Below, one piece after another: positions 30,461-40,222 of a stretch of 64,000 nucleotides of DNA (within the stretch, counting starts at the first letter, position 1; every line of letters starts with the position of its first letter). The notes beneath the pieces are model-generated. The model saw only the letters and a program-made list of their open reading frames with translations. It was not told the DNA's origin and searched no databases. Position numbers and translations under genes: made by a program. This DNA comes from an uncultured cyanobacterium (GTDB lineage: Bacteria > Cyanobacteriota > Cyanobacteriia > Cyanobacteriales > CAWUOF01), in the NCBI GenBank assembly GCA_963744145.1, contig CAVUSO010000001.1:2400001-2464000 (forward strand). Direction: 5' to 3'.

Positions 30461-31363
30461 TTAAAGTTCTGCTGAATCAGATGGTCTGAGAAAAAGTTGG
30501 GCAATCCCTGTAATATTATCACTGCCATATCCTTGAGCGATCGCTTCCTGATAAATCTGATGGATAGCAGTAGATACTGGAGTTAAAGCATGAAAATCTT
30601 GAGCAGTTTGGATCACATAACGAATATCTTTCTCAACCAAATCAATGGGAAACAAAGGTGCATGATGATTGGCTACTATTAAATTTCCTGCATTTTTTGC
30701 AGCTAGACTAATCACAGGTAACTCATTAAGACATTCCATTGCTTTCTCTGGAGTGATTCCATCCTTGGTAAGTAACCCAATCATTTCTGCTAGAGCTGCA
30801 ACCTGAATTCCAAAAAGTGCATTGACTGCAAGTTTCATTACCATCCCCTGACCGACTAAACCAAGATGGTGGATCATGGAAGCACCTCCAGATAACAGGA
30901 TAGGTCGAACTTGTGCCAAAGTTTCAGCCTTACCTCCCACCAAATAAATTAGTTTTCCTGCTTCTGCTTGTGGACGAGACCCGACTATTGGAGCATCAAG
31001 AAAAGCTGCTCCACAGTTTTCAATTGCTGCGGCTAATTCTCTTGTCCAATTTACAGTCAAAGTGCTAGACTCAATCGCGATCGCATTCCGACGTAATCCT
31101 GCTATAGCACCAATATCTGGATCGAGCCAGATCAAGCGAGATACCTGATCATTAGTGACCATGCTGATCACTAAATCAGCTTGTGCTGCTGCTTGTTTCG
31201 GTGTGGTCGCATAAATTGCCCCTTGACTTAACAAAGGTTCTACCTTACTTTTTGTCCGGTTGTAAACAATGACCTGATATTTAGCCCTGAGCAGATTTTG
31301 AGCAATCCTCAACCCCATCGCTCCAACACCTAGTATTGCTACCTTGATTGTATTCATCTTCAA
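30461..31363 (-). CDS. NAD(P)-dependent beta-hydroxyacid dehydrogenase (3-hydroxyisobutyrate dehydrogenase family)
   Basis: GVGAMG Rossmann motif, FLDAPIVGS, KLAVN. Confidence 0.9.
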   Translation of the reverse strand: MKMNTIKVAILGVGAMGLRIAQNLLRAKYQVIVYNRTKSKVEPLLSQGAIYATTPKQAAAQADLVISMVTNDQVSRLIWLDPDIGAIAGLRRNAIAIESSTLTVNWTRELAAAIENCGAAFLDAPIVGSRPQAEAGKLIYLVGGKAETLAQVRPILLSGGASMIHHLGLVGQGMVMKLAVNALFGIQVAALAEMIGLLTKDGITPEKAMECLNELPVISLAAKNAGNLIVANHHAPLFPIDLVEKDIRYVIQTAQDFHALTPVSTAIHQIYQEAIAQGYGSDNITGIAQLFLRPSDSAEL

Positions 31364-31633
31364 TCCTCTCCTAGAAATTGATTAACCTCACCACACTTTA
31401 GTTGATGTTAAAGAAGCAATAAATATAGATTTAGACAATTCTCTCATGCGTTTTTTACATGAATCGGGAGAGAATTGATGCAAAAAACTCTCCAAAAGTC
31501 TATGGATATATCCGTGCTAAAAATCTTTGTGGAAGTGATCAGACAGGGTAGTTTTGCGGCTGTTGCTCGAGAACATAATCTAGACCCTTCTTCAATTTCA
31601 CGGGCGATCGCCAGTCTGGAAGCAGAACTGGGG

Positions 31634-32996
31634 GGTATTAACTGTTTACAAAAATTTGCCTAAATCTTTCTATATCTACCTAAAAACTGTGCTAGAATAG
31701 CAAAATGATCACATAAATCTCAGGAATTGCGAGCGAAGATATGTACGCCATCAAATTAGAACTCAAACTGAATAACAAGGAACGGACCTTGATGGCGCGA
31801 CATTCTGGCTATGCTAGATTTTGCTACAACTACGCATTGAGTCTTTACCAAGAAGTAGGGGCGTATGGCAATACGCCCCTACCAGGTGGGAGTAGCAAAA
31901 AGGTAGCAGCAATCGAAAGAGTGTTTACCAATCACGTTAAGAAAAGGCCGGAATATCAATGGACTAATACCCTATCTTCTAGGGTTTACAAGATGACATT
32001 CCGGCATTTTAGTGAGGCTTTATCTCGTTACTTTAAAGGATTAGGAGAGTTCCCTAAATTCAAAAGAAAAAAAGATGGTGATTCATTTACTGTAGATGCT
32101 GCTGATTGGAATCACTCAATTTTATTGGCAGCTAAGAAATCAATTAAAATTCCCACGTTGGGGACATTTCGACTCAAAGAATCTATTCCATTTCCCTGTG
32201 TAGCGCAGACATTTACTATCTCGCGCACGGCGGATAAATGGTATGTATCCTTTACGATCAAAGCCGAGAAAATCCCACCGCTTTCCCACCCCGTTGCCGA
32301 ACCAGTAGGAATTGACTTAGGAGTAGCAACATTTGCGACTCTTTCTGATGGTAATTCTTACGAATCTCCCCGTCCACTCAAGAAAGCGAAAACCAAGCTG
32401 AGTAAAGAACAGTGGAGAAATCGGCACAAGCAATTGGGGAATAGGAAATTCGGGGTGCGAGCGTCGAAAAACGCTCACATACATTATCATAGAATTGCTA
32501 AAATCCACGCAAAAACTGCCAATGTACGTCGCGATTTTTTACAGAAAACTACAACAGAAATTAGCCAAAAATATGCTCATATTCATATCGAAGATTTGAA
32601 TGTAAGCGGGATGATGGCTAATCATAAATTAGCGGCAGCTATTGCTGATTGTGGATTTTATGAATTTCGCCGTCAGTTGGAATATAAGTCTACCATGTAT
32701 GGCACAAAAGTTGAGCTAGTAGATCGATGGTTTCCTTCTTCTAAAACCTGCTCAAATTGCGGTCATATTCAATCAATGCCATTAAAAGAACGAGTGTTTA
32801 ATTGCGGTGCTTGTAATTTGTTAATTAATCGGGATTTAAACGCCGCGATCAATTTATCTCGTTATTTGGAAAAAAGTAAGACTAGCTCGGTCTGAACTAA
32901 ACGTCCTGTGGACAAGAAGGAGCCGACTCCCTTGGTTGAAGCAGGAAGTGAACATCAAATTTGCCGTAGGTAGATTTGAGTAGGTTTCATGGAGCG
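31634..32996 (+). mobile_element. Non-autonomous IS607-like element (TnpB only)
   Basis: Removal restores LysR exactly with no duplication. Inserted in a G run; right end ...gtaggtttcatggagcg(g); inverted subterminal atctaccta motifs; no tnpA. Confidence 0.85.
31741..32895 (+). CDS. tnpB: RNA-guided endonuclease TnpB
   Basis: RuvC GIDLG / IEDL / RDLNAA, CxxC...CxxC zinc finger and N-terminal HTH. Confidence 0.93.
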   Translation: MYAIKLELKLNNKERTLMARHSGYARFCYNYALSLYQEVGAYGNTPLPGGSSKKVAAIERVFTNHVKKRPEYQWTNTLSSRVYKMTFRHFSEALSRYFKGLGEFPKFKRKKDGDSFTVDAADWNHSILLAAKKSIKIPTLGTFRLKESIPFPCVAQTFTISRTADKWYVSFTIKAEKIPPLSHPVAEPVGIDLGVATFATLSDGNSYESPRPLKKAKTKLSKEQWRNRHKQLGNRKFGVRASKNAHIHYHRIAKIHAKTANVRRDFLQKTTTEISQKYAHIHIEDLNVSGMMANHKLAAAIADCGFYEFRRQLEYKSTMYGTKVELVDRWFPSSKTCSNCGHIQSMPLKERVFNCGACNLLINRDLNAAINLSRYLEKSKTSSV

Positions 32997-33016
32997 GTTC
33001 GACTCCTGCAACGCAC
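32880..33016 (+). ncRNA. Predicted omegaRNA scaffold plus guide (boundaries approximate)
   Basis: Structured right-end region (cctgtggac-aagaaggagccgactcccttg-gaagcagg) downstream of tnpB; the guide would be flanking LysR sequence. Confidence 0.55.
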
Positions 33017-33820
33017 AACAAGACAATTAGCCCCTACGGAAGCAGGTATGGTCTATTTTCAACGAATTGAACCTCTGGTGGAAGAGATAGAGCAAGCAAT
33101 CAATCTGGCAATAGATATTTCTGGACAACCTAAAGGAATATTGCGAGTTACAGCATCTGTTTCTTTTGGGCTAAAGTGGATTGTGCCCTTACTACGTGAT
33201 TTCGGCACCATGTATCCAGACCTCACTATTGATCTCGTCTTGACTGATAGTAATCTGGATTTATTAAGTGAACGAATTGACCTTGCGGTTCGACTTGGAC
33301 TGTTAGTAGACTCGACTTTAATTGCCCAAAAATTGATGGGAACCCGTTATATTGTCTGTGCTAGCTCACCATACCTGAAGCAATGGGGATATCCAGAAAA
33401 ACCCAGGGATATAGACAAACATAACTGTTTACTATTTCCCTTAGCGGGATTTCGTTCAAAGTGGATATTTAGAGATAGAAATGGTGAAGAAAGTGAAGTA
33501 ATGGTTCGGGGAAAAACAATCATCTCAAATGCGATCGCGCTTCAGGAATGTGCGATCGCTGGAATGGGATTAGCATTGCTACCAACCTGGTTGATTGATG
33601 ATGATTTAAAACTCGGTACTCTTGTCAATGTTTTTCCCAATTATCAGGTAACAGCAACAGATTTTAATACCGCAGTTTGGTTAGTTTATCCTTCCCGTAA
33701 TTACGTTCCCCTCAAAGTCCGGGTTTTTATTGATTTTCTGAAGAATTCCATCAGAGGGATCAGATAAAACGAACCTTACCCAATCTCAAACTGTTGGGGA
33801 ATATTTTTATGCCTAGGTTG

Positions 33821-33898
33821 ATTTAATTTAGAGCATAATTTTCCCTAAACCAACTGCTAAAATTATAGTTGCTAAGTGTTGAAACCAAAGCGATCGCG
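33821..33898. repeat. Direct repeat of the 3' end of the 42556-45096 gene
   Basis: 78 bp, 3 mismatches to 42549-42626, ends at a HIP1 site. Confidence 0.92.
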
Positions 33899-33984
33899 AA
33901 AGCTCAGGTGTTAAGAATCCAAGCCCGAAAAAGAGAGCCGCCAAAAAAAAGCTTGATCTCTTACTTATTGATAGGATCTACTAC

Positions 33985-35535
33985 TTAACTAACCAAATGC
34001 TTTGATAAAACTTCAACAACCTTCCCAGCTAGAGTATTACCGAGTTCCCTTGGCTCCAACTTATATAGCCCACCCCCATAAACACGCCCCTCACTGATCA
34101 GCACTTCATCAGAAATGCAATTAAGTACCTGCCATAATTGTTTGAGTAATTCTGGATGATCTAAAAGCACTTGGGCAAGAGTAGGTTTAGGATACAGCAT
34201 CAAATAAACATTGGTAGCCGTAGCCTTTGAGTGGTTCAGAATAAATCGAAATGGTCTAGCTCTACCAGAATTCTGACGACCCATATAGGTGCAGAGAAAG
34301 GGGGAAGGCGATCGCTTTTCTTGAGAATACCAGGGAGAACGATGCTTGCACAGGTAGCGATCGCTAATTCCCTGCTTTACTCCCATCTGCAAATATTCCC
34401 AAAGCGACGGATAATTAGCTTTCACCTCATCTGGGGATAAATCACAAGACAGCAGAAATAGTTGACGATCTAGAACGGGATTCCCCAAGCGATCAGCTTC
34501 AATTTCATCCACTGATAATAGTCGGGGACTGGGCAAAACTGGTTTGAAAAAATCTAGAGGTAATTGATAATCAGAAACTTGCTCTGGTGTCAACACAAAA
34601 AAATCGTTAGCTCCCGTCGCTAGTCCCCGTTTGATCGTGAATAAATCCTTCAGTTTTAATGACTGCTCTTGAGAATTCACTCTACTAGACACCAATCCAA
34701 ACTGAGTCCATTTAGCTGCACCGCGTAGTTCTTCCACCGACATTATTAGGGAGCGTTTAGGTTCTGTCAGACTCCCCTGATATGTGAATTCAACAGCATG
34801 GTTAGCAGGTGGTAAAGCTTTCTTAAACCAAACTACTGCGGACGATACTAACGCATCCTTAAACTGTACATCCACCAGATCGAAACAATGAATCCGCAGT
34901 AAAGTAACACAGTTGACCAGGTAATCCTTAATTGGCTGTCCGTAATTTACATCCATAAACCCTGTAGGAATTAGCCACCCAGCTAAACCATTGGTTGTCA
35001 TCCAAGCATCTGAAATACACAAGAAATGACAGTAAAGACTAGCCAACTGACTGAGTTTTATTTCTGCTGTTTGCTCTGTTATCCTTTGCAACCTTAGTTT
35101 TTCAACTCGACTCAAATGATGATGTCGGACATAGGGGGGATTGCAAATCAGCAAGTTAGCTTTAGTGTGATCAGAATTGGGTGGTATAGCCTGAGTAAAA
35201 TCAGCAATATTTACCGTAAGGAGTGGATCGCACCAAAGTTTTATCGCTTCATTGCCATAGTGAGGGTCAATCTCATAGGCGATCGCTTCTTCAATTTGAG
35301 ATAACGGAAATTGCTGCAATAATGCCGAGTAGAATGCTCCAGTGCCAAAAGCCGGGTCAAGAAACCTAATTTTTTGATTTATTGGTAATATAGTTTTAGC
35401 ATATTTCAAAATATCTGTTGCCAGTGCTGTAGGTGTGGCAAACTGACCTAACTTGTTTCGCTCTGTTTGGGTTTTTGCTCCATCTAGTTGCGACTGTCGT
35501 AATACTCGGATCGATTCTGTCGTAATGAGGCTCAT
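33985..35535 (-). CDS. N6-adenine DNA methyltransferase (type II RM, gamma class)
   Basis: GQFATP, LDPAFGTG and CNPPY motifs. Confidence 0.9.
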   Translation of the reverse strand: MSLITTESIRVLRQSQLDGAKTQTERNKLGQFATPTALATDILKYAKTILPINQKIRFLDPAFGTGAFYSALLQQFPLSQIEEAIAYEIDPHYGNEAIKLWCDPLLTVNIADFTQAIPPNSDHTKANLLICNPPYVRHHHLSRVEKLRLQRITEQTAEIKLSQLASLYCHFLCISDAWMTTNGLAGWLIPTGFMDVNYGQPIKDYLVNCVTLLRIHCFDLVDVQFKDALVSSAVVWFKKALPPANHAVEFTYQGSLTEPKRSLIMSVEELRGAAKWTQFGLVSSRVNSQEQSLKLKDLFTIKRGLATGANDFFVLTPEQVSDYQLPLDFFKPVLPSPRLLSVDEIEADRLGNPVLDRQLFLLSCDLSPDEVKANYPSLWEYLQMGVKQGISDRYLCKHRSPWYSQEKRSPSPFLCTYMGRQNSGRARPFRFILNHSKATATNVYLMLYPKPTLAQVLLDHPELLKQLWQVLNCISDEVLISEGRVYGGGLYKLEPRELGNTLAGKVVEVLSKHLVS

Positions 35536-36101
35536 ATTCCAAACAGTCCTAAATCATCTATTCGATGTTCCCACACCCAATCAATCCCCTCTGCTGCTTC
35601 ATAGCCTAAATAACCGCTATCAAAATAACCGCAAAGAAACAAAATAAACCGGACATTTTCACCGTAATTACTCCGTAATTGAGTCATTTTAACAGCTTCT
35701 TCTTTGCGTCGTTTATTGGGATTGGTATAGTCTCCAGCAGATTTCAGTTCAGCATCGAGAGTAGCACTATCTGTTCGGGGTGGAATTCGCTGTTTTTCTT
35801 CCATATTTTTGACCAGGTTGGACGAAACCCCAGCTAAACCAATTAGGCGATCGCGTGCAATAGGTGGCGCTGTTGCCATCCGGAGAATAGGGAGAACAGA
35901 AGGATACTGTCGTAGAATAGCAGGTGTAATATTGGTGAGATTTACTGTTTGCTCTAATGCCGATTTAACTTGTTTAGTGGTTACTAAACGAGTGTCGCGG
36001 TAAACTTGAGGGGCGAACTGCATAAACCAATTGTTGTAGAAGTCTACTGACTGGACAATATCTAGCTTCCACAAATGGGGCTTATCTGCATTGACTGGCA
36101 T
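35532..36101 (-). pseudogene. XamI-family restriction endonuclease with an in-frame internal deletion
   Basis: MPVNADKPHLWK.D...SVD N-terminus joined directly (LDAEL|KSAGD) to the KSAGD.TN.NKRRKEEA C-terminus; only 189 aa. Confidence 0.7.
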
Positions 36102-36132
36102 GATATCAAATTCTAGCGATCGCTCTCCCTAT

Positions 36133-36351
36133 TTAAGCTACGGTAAAAGATATATTTTCTAGCACTACATTCGGGATATTTCCTGTACCTAAAACCTGTG
36201 TAGCATCTAAAACTTCTATCCCTACTAATAACTCATTTTCACCAATATTTAAAGCAATTTCCTCGGTTAACTGTAAAGTCCGACACTGATGCTTGCCTTC
36301 TACAAGTCTAATGTAGAGAGCATCAACTTCTGAATCATAACTAATCTTCAT
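36133..36351 (-). CDS. DUF2283 family antitoxin-like protein
   Basis: MKISYDSEVDALYIRL...GIEVLDA signature. Confidence 0.85.
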   Translation of the reverse strand: MKISYDSEVDALYIRLVEGKHQCRTLQLTEEIALNIGENELLVGIEVLDATQVLGTGNIPNVVLENISFTVA

Positions 36352-36362
36352 AAATTTTGACC

Positions 36363-36617
36363 TCAAAAATAAAAAGTATACAAGGTGATAACGACTAACT
36401 CAGTATCAGTCTCAGCAACAATCGGTACTACTTTCTTCAGAGAGTAGAACTTACCCTGCCAATCATCATTATACTGAAAAGTAGCTTGATATTTATACTT
36501 ACCATTTTTAGCAAGTTGTCGATTACCTGTAATAATGGTATCAACAATTTCTGCGACATTTGTACCTCTTTCAATCGCTTGTTCTTTGGCATGATTAGTT
36601 AATCTAATGGGTTTCAC
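36363..36617 (-). CDS. DUF4258 family toxin-like protein
   Basis: IRLTNHAKEQAIERG...VVITLY; directly upstream of DUF2283. Confidence 0.8.
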   Translation of the reverse strand: MKPIRLTNHAKEQAIERGTNVAEIVDTIITGNRQLAKNGKYKYQATFQYNDDWQGKFYSLKKVVPIVAETDTELVVITLYTFYF

Positions 36618-36812
36618 TTTCTTTGTTACCCCTTAATAGTCTCTGCTGCTTGACCTTGACCTTTACCTTGAAGTCTAGCCAGACGTTGCTCTTGCAGATC
36701 AGTTTCTACCATTGCGATTAATTCATCAAGTGGTCGTGTAAGCAAGTTAATTTGTTGGTTAACTTCACGCCATTTTCTCACACTTCGCGCTCTTGTTTGG
36801 GGGGTCGGGTAT

Positions 36813-37080
36813 TTGGCTACGGATGAGCAAGACGCGATCGCGACTCGTCTCTTGGCGGAAATGGAAGATGAGCAGACATGGAAAACTAAGTTTGAATCTA
36901 CGACTGATGATCAGTGGGATCGGATAGCCCAGATGGTGCGTCAAGAAATTGCTGTTGGCGATATCGCTCCTTTATCCGACGTTTTCCCTTCTGAATCTCA
37001 ACCATGAAATCAAGTGTCACGAAAGCATTTCGCCAGAAACTTGATCAGCTTCCTACATCAATTCAAAAGCAAGCTGCTGC
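36813..37080 (+). pseudogene. Truncated antitoxin plus RelE/ParE-like toxin 5' fragment
   Basis: EQDAIA..LLAE.EDE..W antitoxin lacking its N-terminus, then ATG 37004 MKSSVTKAFRQKLDQLP... cut off at 37080. Confidence 0.6.
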
Positions 37081-37146
37081 GAAAGCTCTGGTATTGAGAA
37101 CCCAAGCCCAAAAAAGAGAGAAACCAAAAAATGCTTGACCTCTTAC

Positions 37147-37689
37147 CTAATTTATCTTCTCTACTACTTGACTTTTACTTTTAGATTGAAGTCTAGCTAG
37201 ACGTTGCGATCGCAAACCAGTTTCTACCATTGCGATTAATTCATCAAGCTGGAGTGTAAGCAAGTCGATTTGTTGATTAACTTCACGCCATTTTCTCACA
37301 CTTCGCGCTCTCGTTTGGGGGTCGGGTATTTGAGTTGGTTGATTCATAGTAAATTCCAATGCAAGTTTAGTTTCAGCAATGCTTGCTTCGACAGCACCGA
37401 TTAATACCTCAGCCTGCTCAATAGTTTGAGCCAGTAAGTTCAGCATAGCATCAGTTGCGATTGGTTGGTATTCGGCTATTCTTAGTGCTAGAGTATGTAG
37501 ACGTGAATAAGGTACTGTCAGCCTTTCGACACTATTGTGCATCTGATCTAATTCTGGTAAGGTTGCCTCATTTTCGCCAAACCTTTCCAATAGAACAAAC
37601 TCGGTAGCTTTGGCCTCATTAATCAGCTCTACTAACCGTCGTTGTAAGTAAAAGATTCTACTTAAAGTTTGGTCTGGTAATTTGGCCAT
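37147..37689 (-). CDS. Two small helical hypothetical genes, apparently fused by a 1-bp insertion
   Basis: Removing one C (cttg[c]attggaatttactatga) gives ...LDWNLL* overlapping the ATG of MNQPTQIPDP (37347-37147). Confidence 0.6.
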   Translation of the reverse strand: MAKLPDQTLSRIFYLQRRLVELINEAKATEFVLLERFGENEATLPELDQMHNSVERLTVPYSRLHTLALRIAEYQPIATDAMLNLLAQTIEQAEVLIGAVEASIAETKLALEFTMNQPTQIPDPQTRARSVRKWREVNQQIDLLTLQLDELIAMVETGLRSQRLARLQSKSKSQVVEKIN

Positions 37690-37783
37690 TGTACCTGAGA
37701 TTGAGAGAAACCAAAACTATATTGTACCAAATTTGCCATAATATCTATTTTAGCTATACCTAACAGTTTTTTGGGGGGGGTCG

Positions 37784-38300
37784 GGGCGATCGCATCACTT
37801 CTAATCGCTGATGAGAGTAATTTTCCCTGTAGGGGCGAAGCATTCGGGCGACAATTGAACAATAAAACGGTTAATCTTATCCCCGAATGCTTCGCCCAGC
37901 TCTACGCCGAGATCCCCAAAAATATCCTTGATCTTTATATTGAAGTCCAGCTAGACATGGTGATCGCCAACCAGGTTCTAGGATTGCGATTAATTCATCA
38001 AGCGATCAGGTCAGCTATTGGTTAACTTCAGAAATGCTGTTTTTTTGGGATCAGAGGGGCGATCGCATCACTTCCAATCGCAAATGAGAGTAATTTTCCC
38101 TGTAGGGGCGAAGCATTCGGGCGACAATTGAACAATAAAACGGTTAATCTTATCCCCGAATGCTTCGCCCAGTTCTACGCCGAGATCCCCAAAAATATCC
38201 TTGATCTTTATATTTAAGTCCTAGATATGGCGATCGCCAACCAGTTTCTAGGATTGCGATTAATTCATCAAGCGATCGGGTCAGCTATTGGTTAACTTCA
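37784..38300. repeat. Tandem duplication of about 270 bp containing a REP palindrome and a gene fragment
   Basis: 37784-38030 matches 38056-38300; gtaggggcgaagcattcggg...cccgaatgcttcgccc. Confidence 0.85.
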
Positions 38301-38371
38301 CACCATTTTCTCACACTTCACGCTCTCGTTTGGGCGTCGGGTATTTGGGCTGGTTGATTCATGGTAGAGTG

Positions 38372-38527
38372 CAATACGGTTCAGGTAAGATTTTTTTTGG
38401 ATATCTCGGCGAAGAAGGGCGAAGCATTCGGATCTAAGATTAACCGTTTTTATTGTTAAATTATCGCCCAAATGCTATGCCTCCGGCACGCTACGCGAAC
38501 GCCCCTACGCTTAACTGAACTGTATTG
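38372..38527. mobile_element. MITE with 18-bp TIRs
   Basis: CAATACGGTTCAGGTAAG / CTTAACTGAACTGTATTG; the interior is an inverted copy of the REP unit in 37828-37928. Confidence 0.7.
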
Positions 38528-38668
38528 GGTTCTAACCAATAACTGATCTGCCGAAATGCTGATGCCTACGGCACGCTACGCGATCGCTATTCCAGTTTAT
38601 GGGGCGCGATCGCATCACTTCTAATCGCAGATGAGAGTGAACAAGAGTAGACCATTGGGCTACAATAC

Positions 38669-38944
38669 TTAATTATTTTGACTCACTTCAGTTATTCTCG
38701 AAGAAATTACAAGCCCGGCAGTTCCTAACCCTATAGTTGCTAAAGAACCTAAAATAATAAATTGAGCCTGGTTAGTATTTATTGGTGAAGGTACTATGAC
38801 TTCAACACCAGGAATCCCACTTCTTATAGTTGGACTTTGTGCTGGTTCTTGAGCGCGAGCTAACTTGATCAAACCAAATGCAAACAATAAAACACCTAAA
38901 CCGATAAATCCTACACTAATAATTTTAAAAATTATCTTTTTCAT
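38669..38944 (-). CDS. Small protein with two hydrophobic segments
   Basis: ATG 38944 after AGAGGAG; N- and C-terminal TM-like stretches. Confidence 0.6.
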   Translation of the reverse strand: MKKIIFKIISVGFIGLGVLLFAFGLIKLARAQEPAQSPTIRSGIPGVEVIVPSPINTNQAQFIILGSLATIGLGTAGLVISSRITEVSQNN

Positions 38945-39011
38945 GTTTGTTGGCTCCTCTTTGATTAAAGTATGGTGGATAGGATAGCAATTAGTATTGC
39001 TTTGTGTGGTT

Positions 39012-39410
39012 TCAAAAACAACCCTTACTAAAAAAAAGTTTGATTTTCTCTTGAACTTCTGGTATCTCCTCCCAATCATCTTCAATTGATTTTCTCATCA
39101 TTTCAGGTTGTTTTGCTGTATAGGAATTTGTACAATTTGGAGTCTCTATTTTGTAAGTCAAATCAATCTTAGAGCGTCCTCTTAATGGATTTTCAGGATC
39201 GGGTTCAATCTGAACATGAGGTGATATGTAAGAGATTATTTTGTCAAAAACAACTTCTATAGTTTGACCGGCTACTGTTTGAATTAAAACTTCCCCTACA
39301 TAAACCGCTAAACTCAATAATTGAGGAGTTACAGGGCTACATGCAACTAGAAGAGGAATAAATAGAAATATCAGCCACCAACTTGTTTTTCTCGTTTTTT
39401 TGTATTGCAT
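39012..39410 (-). CDS. Putative lipoprotein
   Basis: Basic N-terminus, hydrophobic core and LVAC lipobox. Confidence 0.7.
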   Translation of the reverse strand: MQYKKTRKTSWWLIFLFIPLLVACSPVTPQLLSLAVYVGEVLIQTVAGQTIEVVFDKIISYISPHVQIEPDPENPLRGRSKIDLTYKIETPNCTNSYTAKQPEMMRKSIEDDWEEIPEVQEKIKLFFSKGCF

Positions 39411-39412
39411 GA

Positions 39413-40222
39413 TTATCTCATTGTACTCTCATTTTCTATGATATCCGAAATCTCAACTGAACCATATTGTAGTTTATTCTGAATATGTAAACCCAGAAAA
39501 ACCAAGCCTAAAATTCCGGTCATTCCGAAATGATATAAATTCTCTGACGTGATTTCAGCAAAAGGATAAGCGTAAGGAAAAAATCTGGCATATTGACTAT
39601 CTAGTAAGTTAGCTATTCCTAATTTTATTAACCCTAGCAAGGAAGGAAAAAATAAAGCAACAAAGGCAATTACCCTTTTTGAAACGTAGTCAAATGCTAG
39701 ATCGAAATCTAAAACTGCAATCATACCTCCTGCGAAAATAATATAACTAACTAAACCCAAAATATCTAAAAGCACATTGGCAGGGGAAATATGATGATAT
39801 AGAGAAGTTGCGAATACCAAAATTAGCCCTAAAAAACCCAACCAAAATCCATAAACAATTACCCATATTGCTCTAGCAGTAGCAATCTCCCAAGGAAAGC
39901 AAGGAGTAAGACGCAGCCACAGTAACTGACTTACTGAAAAACTGTCTCCCAAAGGTATAAGTAACCGAGAAAGTATATCAAAGGCTACATAGATCCAAGC
40001 CCATGAAAATAATTCATGGAGAAAACGTATATAGACTGTTTCTCTAGCTCCCTGATATGATGTTAAAGGGATATCAAAAAAAGTTAGTTGTCCTTGATAC
40101 CAACTACAGGGCACTGTTGCAATAATTATTCCTACTAATAATAAAATTGGCAAGCTATATGACTTGAACAATTTTATAATTTCATGCTCAATTATTACCC
40201 ATGCTTTGTTTAAATTTATCAT
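39413..40222 (-). CDS. ABC-2-type permease-like membrane protein
   Basis: About 6 TM segments; coupled to the ATPase stop. Confidence 0.7.
   Translation of the reverse strand: MINLNKAWVIIEHEIIKLFKSYSLPILLLVGIIIATVPCSWYQGQLTFFDIPLTSYQGARETVYIRFLHELFSWAWIYVAFDILSRLLIPLGDSFSVSQLLWLRLTPCFPWEIATARAIWVIVYGFWLGFLGLILVFATSLYHHISPANVLLDILGLVSYIIFAGGMIAVLDFDLAFDYVSKRVIAFVALFFPSLLGLIKLGIANLLDSQYARFFPYAYPFAEITSENLYHFGMTGILGLVFLGLHIQNKLQYGSVEISDIIENESTMR

Larger units (their letters stand above)
31502..33767 (+). pseudogene. LysR-family regulator interrupted by a TnpB element
   Basis: HTH ...LEAELG ends at 31633 and resumes in frame at 32997 (VRLLQRTTR); the substrate-binding domain follows. Confidence 0.92.

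Noticed and set aside
32976..33767. Independent HTH-less LysR gene
   Set aside because: Its TTG start lies inside the transposon right end; it is the 3' half of the interrupted gene
37147..37689. Novel 180-aa fusion protein
   Set aside because: Removing one base restores two overlapping genes, and the second gene occurs separately nearby
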